A DNA stretch of 64,000 nt from an uncultured Pelagibacteraceae bacterium (lineage in GTDB: Bacteria > Pseudomonadota > Alphaproteobacteria > Pelagibacterales > Pelagibacteraceae): positions 29,092 through 93,091 of the forward strand of contig CACIVM010000002.1 of assembly GCA_902590115.1 (NCBI GenBank), in the 5' to 3' direction. Within the stretch, counting starts at the first letter, position 1. The number at the start of each line of letters is the position of its first letter. Position numbers and translations under genes: made by a program. The notes beneath the pieces were generated by a model, which was not told the origin of the DNA, ran no database searches, and worked only from the letters and a program-made list of their open reading frames with translations. Positions 9,613 through 20,024 of the stretch are shown here, piece after piece.

Positions 9613-10686
9613 TTATATATCAAATTTTTTTTTTGTTAAACTATAAAGTCTCAAATAAATAAATAAATATATAATTAGTAATGAAAAAAACCAATACTTA
9701 CAAAATGATCCATTTTTTTTGAATAAAAATCCAGGTGTTATTAAAAGAATAAAACTGAAATTGATTATAATAGAATTAATATAATTTCCCTTTTTACTAT
9801 CTAGCTTTTTGCTTAGAAAATTAAATATTAACATGTGAAGATGAAATCTGTCAGGCTTTAACGGTGATTTATTTTGGTACAATTTTCTAAAAAAAGAAAA
9901 AAATACTTCGAAAAATAAATAAAATAATAATATACAAAAAAAGAAAGAGGATATTTCTGGGTTTACATTGTTAGTTTTTATAGTGTTCAGTGCTGTAAAT
10001 GATCCAAATAAGTAAGATCCACTGTCACCAAAAAAAATCTTTGCATTAGGAAAGTTAAAAACTAAAAAAATAAGTAGAATAATTACTTGAGAAACAATTA
10101 AAATTGATAAATCGTTATTTCCATTGATCATGTTAAGATAAAAAAGAATAGAATTTACAATAATTAAATGTAAAGCTAATAATCCGTTAAATCCATCAAT
10201 TAGGTTTGATCCATTTATAATAAATAGAAAACACAATAATATAAAAATTGTTGAAAATAAATTATTTTCAAACCAGTTTTCTAAAAACCTAAGATCTACA
10301 TCAAATATTTTAATAGAAAAAGAAAAAATAAAAATTGTCAAAAAAATTATCATTAGAGATAGTCTCATTTTAGCTGAAATATTTACTTTAAGATCATCAA
10401 TAAAACCTATAAAAAATAAACTTATTCCTAACAATAAATAATCCAAATGAAACTTTGAAAACATGATGTTGTATAGAAACATAAAAAATGTAAATGAAAT
10501 TATTGAAGCTAACCCACCACTTCTTGATATCAGTTGGCTGTGAAAAGCTTGTGGTTTATTAAAATCATCATCAAGAAGTACTCCGTCTAAGATTTTGTCT
10601 GAAAATTTTTGTATTATCAAAAAGATAAAAAAACTAATCAGAGCAATTATTGACAGAAGACTTGTTTCCGGTGACTCTGTCTGCAT
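9613..10686 (-). CDS. MraY/WecA-family undecaprenyl-phosphate sugar-1-phosphate transferase (glycosyl transferase family 4)
   Basis: Polytopic membrane protein with KPQAFH, SRSGG, GFIDD, NLIDGFNGL, FNFP.AKIFFGDSGS and HLH motifs. Confidence 0.88.
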   Translation of the reverse strand: MQTESPETSLLSIIALISFFIFLIIQKFSDKILDGVLLDDDFNKPQAFHSQLISRSGGLASIISFTFFMFLYNIMFSKFHLDYLLLGISLFFIGFIDDLKVNISAKMRLSLMIIFLTIFIFSFSIKIFDVDLRFLENWFENNLFSTIFILLCFLFIINGSNLIDGFNGLLALHLIIVNSILFYLNMINGNNDLSILIVSQVIILLIFLVFNFPNAKIFFGDSGSYLFGSFTALNTIKTNNVNPEISSFFFCILLFYLFFEVFFSFFRKLYQNKSPLKPDRFHLHMLIFNFLSKKLDSKKGNYINSIIINFSFILLITPGFLFKKNGSFCKYWFFSLLIIYLFIYLRLYSLTKKKFDI

Positions 10687-11570
10687 TAAACCTCTCCTTT
10701 ATTATTTTTTTTTACTAAATAAATACCAAAAATAATTATAATCAAAGAAATAATGACTCTCCAAGTTATAATTTCATCCATAATAAAATAGCCAAAAAAA
10801 ACTCCAAATATTGGTATTAAATAAGCTACTTGTGTTTGAAAAACCAACCCATTAACAGCTAGAATTCTAAATCTAATTAACCAAGCTAAACCAGTAGCTA
10901 CAACACCTAAGTAAAGTAAAGATAAAGTTGATTCAAGAGTTGGTGAAGAGCTCCAGGGTTGTTCAAAAAGAACGGACAAGGGTAAGAGAAAAATTAATGA
11001 CCAAATAGTAGTGGATGTGGTTACATTAACATTTCCTTTATGTTTAACTTTAAGAGTTAAAATACCTCCAATACTGTAGAAAGTAGAGCCTAAAATAGTT
11101 ATTAAAGCAAAATAATAATTATTCTCGTTTATTATGATTTTATCCATGAATAAAAAAATTACTCCACAAAAACCCATAATAATTCCTATGGACTTTAAAA
11201 ACTTTATTTTTTCATTTTTAGTAAAAAAATGTGCTAAAATTGATCCACTGATTGGAGTAGTGCTCATTAAAATTGCCGCTAAATAACTGTTAATTTTTGA
11301 AGTTCCAATGGCAATTAATACAAAAGGAACTGTAATATTGCAAATTCCTATAACTGCGTAAGGTTTCCAATTTTTCGAGAAAGCTTCGATTTTTATTTTT
11401 TTATAAAAGCACAAAAATATTAAAAGACAGCAAGCAAAAAAAACCCTTACAAATGCAAGAGTAAAAGGCTCGTAACTGTAAGACGCAATCTTTATGTTAA
11501 AAAAAGAGGAACCCCAAATTAAACCCAAAAATAAAAGTAACAATACATCTACTGTTTTTGCTTCTCTCAT
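10686..11570 (-). CDS. EamA/DMT family transporter
   Basis: About 10 TM helices, two EamA repeats (LIWGSSF, YL.PIFG...E). The stop overlaps the next ATG (TAATG), with an in-frame AAGGAGAGG SD. Confidence 0.9.
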   Translation of the reverse strand: MREAKTVDVLLLLFLGLIWGSSFFNIKIASYSYEPFTLAFVRVFFACCLLIFLCFYKKIKIEAFSKNWKPYAVIGICNITVPFVLIAIGTSKINSYLAAILMSTTPISGSILAHFFTKNEKIKFLKSIGIIMGFCGVIFLFMDKIIINENNYYFALITILGSTFYSIGGILTLKVKHKGNVNVTTSTTIWSLIFLLPLSVLFEQPWSSSPTLESTLSLLYLGVVATGLAWLIRFRILAVNGLVFQTQVAYLIPIFGVFFGYFIMDEIITWRVIISLIIIIFGIYLVKKNNKGEV

Positions 11571-11689
11571 TTCAAGCCTAGATTGTATTGATGTAAAAAT
11601 TGCATAGCTGTTATTATCATAAATTATAGTCTTGCGTACTAATTATCTGCTATGTTTAATTAACCTAATCAGATTGTGAAAGGATATAG

Positions 11690-13096
11690 ATGAGTTCAAA
11701 AGATATTAAAAAACTAATGAAAGATAAAGAAATAGAGTTTGTGGATTTAAGATTCACAGATCCTAGAGGCAAATTACAACATTTAACTATGGATGCTACC
11801 GTAGTCGACGAAGAAATGTTAGACGAGGGAGTTTTTTTTGATGGATCATCTATTGCAGGGTGGAAGGCTATTAATGAGTCAGACATGATACTCAAACCAG
11901 ATCTATCAAGACCAATTGTTGATCCATTTAATTCGCACCCTACATTAAATATATTTTGTGATATCTTAGATGCTGTGAAAAAGGATCCATATGAAAGGGA
12001 TCCCAGAGGCACTGCAAAAAAAGCTGAAGATTATTTAAAGAAATCTGGTATTGGAGATAAGGCTTACTTTGGGCCAGAACCAGAATTCTTTGTATTTGAT
12101 GATGTTAGATTTAAAAATGATATGAATGAGACAAGTTTTTCTATAGATAGTTCTGAAGGTCCTTATAACACAGGAAAAAAATATGAAAATGGAAATTTAG
12201 GCCACCGGCCAGGAGTTAAAGGAGGATATTTTCCAGTACCTCCAGTTGATAGCGCGCAAGATATGCGTGGTGAATACCTCAAAGCATTAAAAGATATGGG
12301 TGTAAAAGTTGAGAAACATCATCATGAAGTCGCGCCGAGTCAACACGAACTCGGTATGTATTTTGGAACTTTAACAAACCAGGCTGACAATATTCAACTT
12401 TATAAATATGCAGTTTTAATGGTAACAAATTCATTTGGTAAAACAGCTACTTTTATGCCTAAACCTGTTAAAGGGGATAACGGATCAGGGATGCACTGTC
12501 ATCAATCTATTTGGAAGGGTAACACTCCATTATTTATGGGAAATAAATACGCGGGTTTATCTCAAGAAGCCCTTTATTATATCGGTGGAATATTAAAGCA
12601 TGCTAGAGCAATTAATGCTTTTTCAAATGCAACAACTAACAGTTACAAAAGATTGATACCTGGATTTGAAGCTCCAGTTCTTCTAGCTTACTCTGCTAGA
12701 AACAGATCCGCATCATGTAGAATTCCAATTACGTTAAGCAAAAAAGCAGCAAGGTGCGAGGTAAGATTTCCCGATGCAGCAGGTAACCCTTATTTAACTT
12801 TTGCTTCAATGTTAATGGCAGGAATTGATGGCATTAAAAACAAGATTGATCCAGGTAAATCACTTGATAAAGATTTGTATACTTTATCAGAGAGCGAAGT
12901 TAAAAAGATTCCAACCGTTTGCGGATCACTAAGAGAGGCCATGGAAAATCTTGATAAAGATAGAAAATTTTTAACACAAGGTGGTGTTTTTACAGATGAT
13001 CAAATTGACGCTTATATAGATTTAAAATTCCAGGAAATTTATAAATTTGAGCACACGCCTCATCCTATGGAATTTGAAATGTACTATAGTTGCTAA
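11690..13096 (+). CDS. glnA: Glutamine synthetase type I
   Basis: [62 protein letters not shown] upstream. Confidence 0.99.
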   Translation: MSSKDIKKLMKDKEIEFVDLRFTDPRGKLQHLTMDATVVDEEMLDEGVFFDGSSIAGWKAINESDMILKPDLSRPIVDPFNSHPTLNIFCDILDAVKKDPYERDPRGTAKKAEDYLKKSGIGDKAYFGPEPEFFVFDDVRFKNDMNETSFSIDSSEGPYNTGKKYENGNLGHRPGVKGGYFPVPPVDSAQDMRGEYLKALKDMGVKVEKHHHEVAPSQHELGMYFGTLTNQADNIQLYKYAVLMVTNSFGKTATFMPKPVKGDNGSGMHCHQSIWKGNTPLFMGNKYAGLSQEALYYIGGILKHARAINAFSNATTNSYKRLIPGFEAPVLLAYSARNRSASCRIPITLSKKAARCEVRFPDAAGNPYLTFASMLMAGIDGIKNKIDPGKSLDKDLYTLSESEVKKIPTVCGSLREAMENLDKDRKFLTQGGVFTDDQIDAYIDLKFQEIYKFEHTPHPMEFEMYYSC

Positions 13097-13428
13097 ACTT
13101 TAAAGGACTCTCCACATCCACAACGTTCAGTTTCATTAGGATTTTTAAATATAAATTGAGAAGAAAATTTGTCTTTTTTAAAGTCCATCTCTGTTCCCAA
13201 CAAATATATTATTGCCTTAGGGTCAATTAATACTTTTACACCTCGGTCCTCAATAACTTCTTCGTTTGGCTTGATATCATTTGCATACTCCATAACATAA
13301 CTCATTCCAGCACATCCACCTGATCTCACTCCCACTCTTACGCCAATCGCGGATTTTTCGGCTTTAGACAATATTTCTTTAATTCGTAAAGCTGCATTAT
13401 TGCTTAATTTTAAAATTTGCTTTGTCAT
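13093..13428 (-). CDS. sufA: A-type Fe-S carrier (SufA/IscA, HesB family)
   Basis: GGCAGMSY and NPN...RCGCGESF; last gene of the suf operon. Confidence 0.93.
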   Translation of the reverse strand: MTKQILKLSNNAALRIKEILSKAEKSAIGVRVGVRSGGCAGMSYVMEYANDIKPNEEVIEDRGVKVLIDPKAIIYLLGTEMDFKKDKFSSQFIFKNPNETERCGCGESFKV

Positions 13429-13724
13429 AGATTTAACTCCAATTTAGCTGCTTCAGACATCATCTCTTTAGTCCAAGGAGGACTCCAAACTAGTTTAATT
13501 TCAACAGAATTTATTTCTTCTAGCTTTTCAATATTTTCTTTCACCATTTTAGGAAGTGAGTCTGCAACTGGACAATTTGGACTTGTTAATGTCATTTCTA
13601 TTTTGATATTTTTGCTATCATTTATTTGTATATCGTAAATTAAACCAAGATCAAAAATATTTACTGGTATCTCTGGATCAAATACTTTTTTAATTTCTGC
13701 AATTATTTTATCTTTTAAATTCAT
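13425..13724 (-). CDS. DUF59/SufT-like Fe-S assembly protein
   Basis: DPEIPVNIFDLGLIY, MTLTSPNCP, PPWT. Confidence 0.92.
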   Translation of the reverse strand: MNLKDKIIAEIKKVFDPEIPVNIFDLGLIYDIQINDSKNIKIEMTLTSPNCPVADSLPKMVKENIEKLEEINSVEIKLVWSPPWTKEMMSEAAKLELNL

Positions 13725-14164
13725 CTTTTTTTATTTATCGCCAATTGTAAAGTGTGCCATGCCATTGTAGCACATTTTACTCTCATTGGAAATTCTTGGA
13801 CACCAGACAAAGACATCAAAGTTGTAATTTGATCTTCGCTCAAGCTATTTATAGTCATCTTGTCTTTGTATTTAACCATTTTCAAAAAATCATCAATTAT
13901 TCTAGTTATAACATTATGTTCTTTTCCTTTAATAATGTCAGTTAAAATAGATGCAGAAGCCATTGAAATAGCACATCCCTCGCCTTCAAAACTTACATCT
14001 AACATTTTTTTTTCGTTATTTTCTTTTCCGTAAATATGAACTTTGTCTCCACATAAAGGATTATGACCTGATGCATCAATATTAAAGTTTTTACATTTAC
14101 CAAAATTTCTGGGGTTCTTACCATGATCTAAAATTATTTCTTTATATAATTCTTTTAAATCCAT
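13721..14164 (-). CDS. sufU: SufU (NifU-family) sulfur-transfer protein
   Basis: LYKEIILDH..NPRN, NPLCGD, GCAISMAS, RVKCA; has the SufU-type insertion between Cys2 and Cys3; directly follows sufS. Confidence 0.9.
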   Translation of the reverse strand: MDLKELYKEIILDHGKNPRNFGKCKNFNIDASGHNPLCGDKVHIYGKENNEKKMLDVSFEGEGCAISMASASILTDIIKGKEHNVITRIIDDFLKMVKYKDKMTINSLSEDQITTLMSLSGVQEFPMRVKCATMAWHTLQLAINKKR

Positions 14165-14167
14165 ATC

Positions 14168-15382
14168 TTATTCGAATACCTTCTTACATTTATTTATTGA
14201 CTCAATTAAAACATCTATATCTTCTTTATCATTGTAAATTCCAATAGAGGCCCTAGCAGTTGCAGCAACTCCAATTTTGTCGTGTAAAATCTGACAGCAG
14301 TGGTGCCCGGCTCTTATAGCTACTCCATCATCGTCTAATATTGTTGCAATATCATGGGGGTGAATATCCTTTAAAGTGAAAGAAATTACTGAAGCTTTAT
14401 CCTTTGGGGAACCAATAATTTTTATTGAATTATCTTTTTGTAGCTTTGTTATTGCATATTCTAAAATTTTACTCTCGTGATCTGAAATTTTTTTTAAACC
14501 AATCTTATTGATTAATTTTATTGACTCGCTAAAAGCAACCACTTCTGCAGTTTGCATTGTTCCAGCTTCAAATTTTGTAGGAGATTGGGCAAAAGTTATA
14601 TTATCTTTTTTAACTTCGTCTATCATACCTCCACCGCCCTGATACGGAGGAAATTGATCAAGCCAATCCTTTTTACCGTATAAAATACCAAGACCATTTG
14701 GTCCATAAAGTTTATGGCAAGATATTGCATAGAAATCACATTCTAATTCTTGCATATCAAGTTTTAGATGTGGAGCACCTTGAGTACCATCTATTAGTAC
14801 GGGTATTTTTTTTGTTTTGGCTATATCAATTATTTTTTTTATAGGTGTAATACCACCCGTTACGTTTGATAAATGTGTCAAAGCAATAATCTTGGTTTTA
14901 TCATTTATTAATTTGCTAATAGAGTCAGGCACTATTTCTAATCTATCGTTTAATTCTGCAAATCTTATCCTTACTCCTTTTCTTTTTCTTAAGTAGTGCC
15001 AAGGCACATAGTTTGAATGGTGCTCTAGCTCTGTAAGAATTATTTCATCATCTTTGTTTAAAAATTTTTCACCAAAAGAGTTTGCTACTAAGTTTATTGC
15101 CTCTGTTGCTCCCTTAGTAAAGACTATTTCTTCTCTATGTTTAGCATTAATAAATTTTTGGGTAAGATCTCGTGTTTCCTCAAATTTGTTGGTAGCTTTG
15201 ACAGCCAATGTATGAACACTCCTTCCAACATTGGAGAATTCATTTTCATAAAAGTAAGACATTCTATTAATGACAGTTGATGGCTTTTGTGAAGAATTTG
15301 CGCTGTCAAGATAAATTAGAGGTTTACCATTTATCTTTTTTTTAAAAATTGGAAACTCTTTTTTAATATCATTAATTTTCAT
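14168..15382 (-). CDS. sufS: Cysteine desulfurase SufS
   Basis: YLDSA.SSQKP, EHHSN, SCHK (PLP Lys), RAGHHC. Confidence 0.96.
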   Translation of the reverse strand: MKINDIKKEFPIFKKKINGKPLIYLDSANSSQKPSTVINRMSYFYENEFSNVGRSVHTLAVKATNKFEETRDLTQKFINAKHREEIVFTKGATEAINLVANSFGEKFLNKDDEIILTELEHHSNYVPWHYLRKRKGVRIRFAELNDRLEIVPDSISKLINDKTKIIALTHLSNVTGGITPIKKIIDIAKTKKIPVLIDGTQGAPHLKLDMQELECDFYAISCHKLYGPNGLGILYGKKDWLDQFPPYQGGGGMIDEVKKDNITFAQSPTKFEAGTMQTAEVVAFSESIKLINKIGLKKISDHESKILEYAITKLQKDNSIKIIGSPKDKASVISFTLKDIHPHDIATILDDDGVAIRAGHHCCQILHDKIGVAATARASIGIYNDKEDIDVLIESINKCKKVFE

Positions 15383-16649
15383 TTTTAATATTTTCCTCTA
15401 AATGGTTTTCAATAAGTTCTCTGACTTGATGATCTGCAATTTCTGAAACCACATCGTTTAAAAAGCCTTTAATAATAAATTTTGTTGCCTCTTTTTTAGA
15501 TAAACCTCTAGTCATGAGATAAAACACTGCATCCTTATCAATATTGCCTGATGTTGAACCATGAGAACACTTAACATCATCAGCATAAATTTCTAATTCA
15601 GGTTTTGTGCTAAATTCTGACTCATCGTCTAAAATTAATCCTTTACTAAGTTGGTAAGCATTAGTTTTTTGAGCACGATCAGATACTAAAACTTTCCCTT
15701 GAAAAATACCCTTGCTATCGTTAAGTAATATATTTTTTATTTTTTGGTAGCTTTCGCAATTTGGTTCGCTATGAGACATTTTTGTTTTTATCTCATGATG
15801 CTGACTTTTTTTCAAAATAGCTGCAGAATTAATTTTAGCAAACGAATTTTCTCCATCTAAGAAAATTTCATAATCATCTTTTCTAAACTTAGAGCCAGAA
15901 CCAAATATGAAATATTTTAATTTTGAACCAAATTTTGATTTTGAATCATTAATTTCAATTATATTTTTAGTATAATTAAATCCATTAGATTTATTATAAT
16001 TAACAAAATAATAATCAACTTCACTCTCGTTGATTTGAAATTTTTGGAAAGTATTCTTAAAATAATTAGATTTGGATTTATCAATATTTAACTCGATAAT
16101 CTTAACTTTACTATTTGAAATACTAATTAAATTTGAGTTACTGATTAATTTATTTTCTAGTTTTTCATCAAAAAAATTGTAAATTACTAATGGTTTATCA
16201 AGATCTTTAAATATTTGAAAACTATAACCTCTATCGGTGAAAGCTAAGTTCATTGATAGCATTTCATCTATATTTATATTATCACTGGAAACTTTTTTAT
16301 CATCTGATTTTAAAATTTTAGAATAAATAGGGTGATCATTAAGACTTGAAATTTTTGTTAAATTGGTACTTTTTTTGTCTTGGGATCCATCGCTTAATTT
16401 AAGATTATAGTTTACTAACTCTCCATTTATTGAAATTAAATAATAATGATCAAATTTTAAAAATGCTTCCATTTTATAATTTTCTTTTTCTCTTAAAGGT
16501 TCTAATTCATCAAAATTTGAATTAAGGATTTTTTCAAGATCAGTAAATTTCCAGTCCTCTTTTTTTCTATTTGGTAAACCATTTTCTAAAAATGAATTAT
16601 AAAAACGTTTTACTTTATTCAGATTTATTTTTGATGTATTTATTTTCAT
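15372..16649 (-). CDS. sufD: Fe-S assembly protein SufD
   Basis: LP..K.EDWKFTDL, KPELEIYADDVKCSHG, FYLMTRGL. Confidence 0.95.
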   Translation of the reverse strand: MKINTSKINLNKVKRFYNSFLENGLPNRKKEDWKFTDLEKILNSNFDELEPLREKENYKMEAFLKFDHYYLISINGELVNYNLKLSDGSQDKKSTNLTKISSLNDHPIYSKILKSDDKKVSSDNINIDEMLSMNLAFTDRGYSFQIFKDLDKPLVIYNFFDEKLENKLISNSNLISISNSKVKIIELNIDKSKSNYFKNTFQKFQINESEVDYYFVNYNKSNGFNYTKNIIEINDSKSKFGSKLKYFIFGSGSKFRKDDYEIFLDGENSFAKINSAAILKKSQHHEIKTKMSHSEPNCESYQKIKNILLNDSKGIFQGKVLVSDRAQKTNAYQLSKGLILDDESEFSTKPELEIYADDVKCSHGSTSGNIDKDAVFYLMTRGLSKKEATKFIIKGFLNDVVSEIADHQVRELIENHLEENIKNEN

Positions 16650-16650
16650 T

Positions 16651-17385
16651 TTAATTGAAATTTTTATATCCTGTTTTTTCTAGCTCTTTAGCAAGGTCTG
16701 AACAACCTGTTTTGACTATTTTGCCATCTGATAATACATGTATAAAGTCAGGCTTGATATAATCAAGCAGTCTCTGGTAGTGAGTTATTATTAAAAAAGA
16801 GTTGTTTTTATTTTTAAAAGAGTTTACTCCATCTGCAACTATTCTAAGGGCATCAATGTCTAAACCAGAATCTGTTTCATCAAGTATTGATAGTTTTGGC
16901 TCCAATAATTTCATCTGTAAAATTTCATTTTTCTTTTTTTCACCTCCGGAAAAGCCCACATTTAGTTGTCTTGACAAAAACTTCTCATCAATATTTAGCT
17001 CAGATGCTTTTTCCTTAATAAGTTTAATTAAACTAATTGTGTCTAATTCCTTTTTTCCGTTAGCTTTTCTAATTGAATTAAGTGATGTTTTTAAAAAATT
17101 ACTTGTGTTCACACCAGGTATTTCTAGTGGATATTGAAAAGCTAGAAAAATACCCTTTCTAGCTCTTTCCTCAATAGAAATTTCTTGTAAGTTCTCGTCC
17201 TCAAACTTTAAACTACCGCTAACTGTATAGCCATCTTTACCAGATAATACGTTTGCTAATGTGCTTTTACCTGATCCGTTTGGTCCCATAATTGCGTGCA
17301 CTTCGCCAGGATTAATCTCTAAATTCAAACCCTTTATTATAGATTTTTCTCCTATCGATGCTTTAAGTTCCTTTAGTTTAAGCAT
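16651..17385 (-). CDS. sufC: Fe-S assembly ATPase SufC
   Basis: GPNGSGKST, AFQYP.EIPG, GFSGGEKK, LDETDSGLD. Confidence 0.98.
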   Translation of the reverse strand: MLKLKELKASIGEKSIIKGLNLEINPGEVHAIMGPNGSGKSTLANVLSGKDGYTVSGSLKFEDENLQEISIEERARKGIFLAFQYPLEIPGVNTSNFLKTSLNSIRKANGKKELDTISLIKLIKEKASELNIDEKFLSRQLNVGFSGGEKKKNEILQMKLLEPKLSILDETDSGLDIDALRIVADGVNSFKNKNNSFLIITHYQRLLDYIKPDFIHVLSDGKIVKTGCSDLAKELEKTGYKNFN

Positions 17386-18827
17386 TAACCAACACTCCCT
17401 TCTAGACTTATAGAAACCAATTTTTGTGCTTCAACTGCGAACTCCATTGGTAATTGTTGAAGGACTTCTTTACAAAAACCATTTACAATTAAACTCACTG
17501 CTTCTTCTTGATCCATTCCTCTTTGGTTACAATAGTATAATTGTTCTTCATTAATTTTCGAAGTGGTTGCCTCATGCTCGATTGTTGATGAAGAGTTTTT
17601 ATTTTTTATATATGGAATTGTGTGCGCTCCACATTTATTTCCCATTAAAAGAGAGTCACATTGCGTATAATTTCTAGAATTTTTGGCTCGTTTACTAATA
17701 TCAACAAGTCCTCTGTAAGTATTATCTGCTTTTCCTGCGGAAATTCCCTTTGAAATAATTTTACTTTTAGTGTTTTTCCCTAAATGTATCATTTTAGTAC
17801 CTGTGTCAGCTTTTTGATGATTATTAGTAATAGCTATTGAGTAAAATTCTCCAACTGAATTATCACCTTGTAATATACAGCTAGGATATTTCCACGTAAT
17901 TGCAGAGCCGGTTTCGACCTGTGTCCAAGAAATTTTTGAATTTTTTCCACGACATGCTCCTCTTTTCGTAACAAAGTTATAGATCCCTCCAACTCCTTTT
18001 TCATCACCGGGATACCAGTTTTGTACAGTAGAATATTTTATCTCTGCGTCATCTAGTGCAATTAATTCTACGTTTGCAGCATGCAACTGATTTTCGTCTC
18101 TCATGGGGGCAGTGCATCCTTCAAGGTAACTTACATAGCTACCTTTGTCGGCAATTATTAATGTTCTTTCAAATTGTCCAGTATCTGAAGCATTAATCCT
18201 AAAATAAGTTGAGAGCTCCATCGGACATTTAACATTAGGCGGTATATATACAAAAGAACCGTCAGTAAAGACTGCAGAATTAAGAGTTGCAAAGTAATGA
18301 TCAGTTATTGGTATTACGGTTCCCAAATATTTTTTTACTAACTCGGGGTGTTTTTGTATTGCTTCTGAAATTGAACAAAAAACTATTCCAAGTTTTTCTA
18401 ATTCACCTTTAAATGTGGTAGCGACAGAAACTGAGTCAAATACTGCGTCGACTGCTACTCCAGACAATCTTTTTTGTTCTTCTAAAGGAATACCTAACTT
18501 TTTATAAGTCTCTATTAATTTTGGATCGACATCATCAATTGATTTCGGTTTATCTTTAAATGACTTTGGCGCAGAATAATAATATAATTCTTGATAATTA
18601 ATTTTAGGATATTTTGGTTTTTGCCAATTTGGTTCTTTTAAACTTTTAAGACGATTAAAGGCTTTTAGTCTCCAATTTAACATCCAATTAGGCTCGTTTT
18701 TAATTTTGGATATATATCTTATAGTTTCTTCATTTAAGCCTTTTGGAGACTTAATATTTTCAATATCAGTTGTAAAACCGTATTTATAATCTTTTAGTTT
18801 ATCTATCTCTTTTGGCTTCATAGTCAT
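17385..18827 (-). CDS. sufB: Fe-S assembly protein SufB
   Basis: [47 protein letters not shown] overlap with the upstream regulator; no intein. Confidence 0.98.
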   Translation of the reverse strand: MTMKPKEIDKLKDYKYGFTTDIENIKSPKGLNEETIRYISKIKNEPNWMLNWRLKAFNRLKSLKEPNWQKPKYPKINYQELYYYSAPKSFKDKPKSIDDVDPKLIETYKKLGIPLEEQKRLSGVAVDAVFDSVSVATTFKGELEKLGIVFCSISEAIQKHPELVKKYLGTVIPITDHYFATLNSAVFTDGSFVYIPPNVKCPMELSTYFRINASDTGQFERTLIIADKGSYVSYLEGCTAPMRDENQLHAANVELIALDDAEIKYSTVQNWYPGDEKGVGGIYNFVTKRGACRGKNSKISWTQVETGSAITWKYPSCILQGDNSVGEFYSIAITNNHQKADTGTKMIHLGKNTKSKIISKGISAGKADNTYRGLVDISKRAKNSRNYTQCDSLLMGNKCGAHTIPYIKNKNSSSTIEHEATTSKINEEQLYYCNQRGMDQEEAVSLIVNGFCKEVLQQLPMEFAVEAQKLVSISLEGSVG

Positions 18828-19237
18828 AAATTCTTATTTACAAGATCCTCTAACTTTATCTTTTCAAAAAAGTTGTTTATATGTAAGTCTAATTGATCCC
18901 ACAGATTGTGAGTGATACATTTTGATAACTTATTGTTACAGCCCCTCTTTGAGTCTTTTTTACAATTCAATGTTTTAATCTCTTCATTAACAGCTACAAA
19001 AATATTTGAAAGTTTTATTTGTGAGGCTGGTTTGTTTAAAACATATCCCCCGTTGACGCCTCTTGAACTTTTTACTAGTTGATTATTTTTAAGCATTACA
19101 AAAAGTTGCTCTAAATAAGATAATGAAATATTTTGTCGTAAAGCAATTTCAGTCAAGCTGATGGGTTTTTTATCACCATATTTAGCAATATCAGCCATGG
19201 CCATAACTGCATAACGTCCTTTTGTAGTTAATCTCAT
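18824..19237 (-). CDS. iscR: Rrf2-family regulator, IscR-like
   Basis: [21 protein letters not shown], three Cys plus His (C..C..CITHNLW); heads the suf operon. Confidence 0.88.
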   Translation of the reverse strand: MRLTTKGRYAVMAMADIAKYGDKKPISLTEIALRQNISLSYLEQLFVMLKNNQLVKSSRGVNGGYVLNKPASQIKLSNIFVAVNEEIKTLNCKKDSKRGCNNKLSKCITHNLWDQLDLHINNFFEKIKLEDLVNKNL

Positions 19238-19268
19238 AATAAACGCTGTAATATAACATTAATTCGTC

Positions 19269-19293
19269 AATTCCTAGTAAATTGCTGAGATTT
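19269..19293. promoter_or_regulatory. Candidate IscR type-1 operator upstream of iscR-suf
   Basis: Minus strand AAATCTCAGCAATTTACTAGGAATT, an imperfect 25-bp dyad about 30 bp upstream of iscR, resembling type-1 IscR sites. Confidence 0.4.
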
Positions 19294-19367
19294 AAAAAAA
19301 AATAATTGACGCATAAAAACATGGTATAAATCAATTTTTTTTTTGAAAATAATAATCATTATTATTT

Positions 19368-20024
19368 ATGAAACCTAAAAGTAGAGAAATTTTTATACCT
19401 GGGCCTGCTGGAAGATTGGAAGCAAAATACTACAAGCAACCCAAATTTGGATCACCGGTAGCAATAATTTTACATCCTCATCCGCAGTACGGTGGTACTA
19501 TGAAAAATCGTGTAGTTCAATTGATGTATAACCTTTTTTTAGAAAGTGGTTTTTCAGTGATCAAATTTAATTTTAGAGGAGTTGGAAAAAGCGATGGTAT
19601 TTTTGATAATGGGCAAGGAGAGCTATCAGATGCAGCAGCTGCATTGGATTGGATTGAAAGGGAGAACCTAGATTATAGTCAGTGTTGGGTCTCTGGATTT
19701 TCTTTTGGCGCGCTGATATGTATGCAGCTAATCATGCGTAGACCAGAAGTAAACAACTTTATCGCAGTTTCACCACAACCAAATGTTTATGACTTTTCTT
19801 TTCTTGCACCTTGTCCAACCTCAGGACAAGTGGTTTATAGTGATAACGATGAACTGGTGTCAGCTCAAAGTATATCGGAACTTGATAATAGAATCAAAAA
19901 TCAAAAAGGAGTTGAGGTAATATTTTCAAAAGTAAAAAATTCTAATCATTTTTTTAAGGACAAAGAGCAAGAATTAGAAGAAACTATAAAAAAATATGTT
20001 GAACAAAAAACTGCGCTTATTTAA
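19368..20024 (+). CDS. Alpha/beta hydrolase conserved next to alphaproteobacterial Fe-S operons
   Basis: GPAGRLE, HPHPQYGGTM, FNFRGVG.S, GFSFG nucleophile elbow, NHFF. Confidence 0.92.
   Translation: MKPKSREIFIPGPAGRLEAKYYKQPKFGSPVAIILHPHPQYGGTMKNRVVQLMYNLFLESGFSVIKFNFRGVGKSDGIFDNGQGELSDAAAALDWIERENLDYSQCWVSGFSFGALICMQLIMRRPEVNNFIAVSPQPNVYDFSFLAPCPTSGQVVYSDNDELVSAQSISELDNRIKNQKGVEVIFSKVKNSNHFFKDKEQELEETIKKYVEQKTALI

Noticed and set aside
16255-16400. Polar, low-complexity stretch in SufD as an intein or inserted element
   Set aside because: It is short, lacks intein terminal motifs and lies in the variable N-terminal region.
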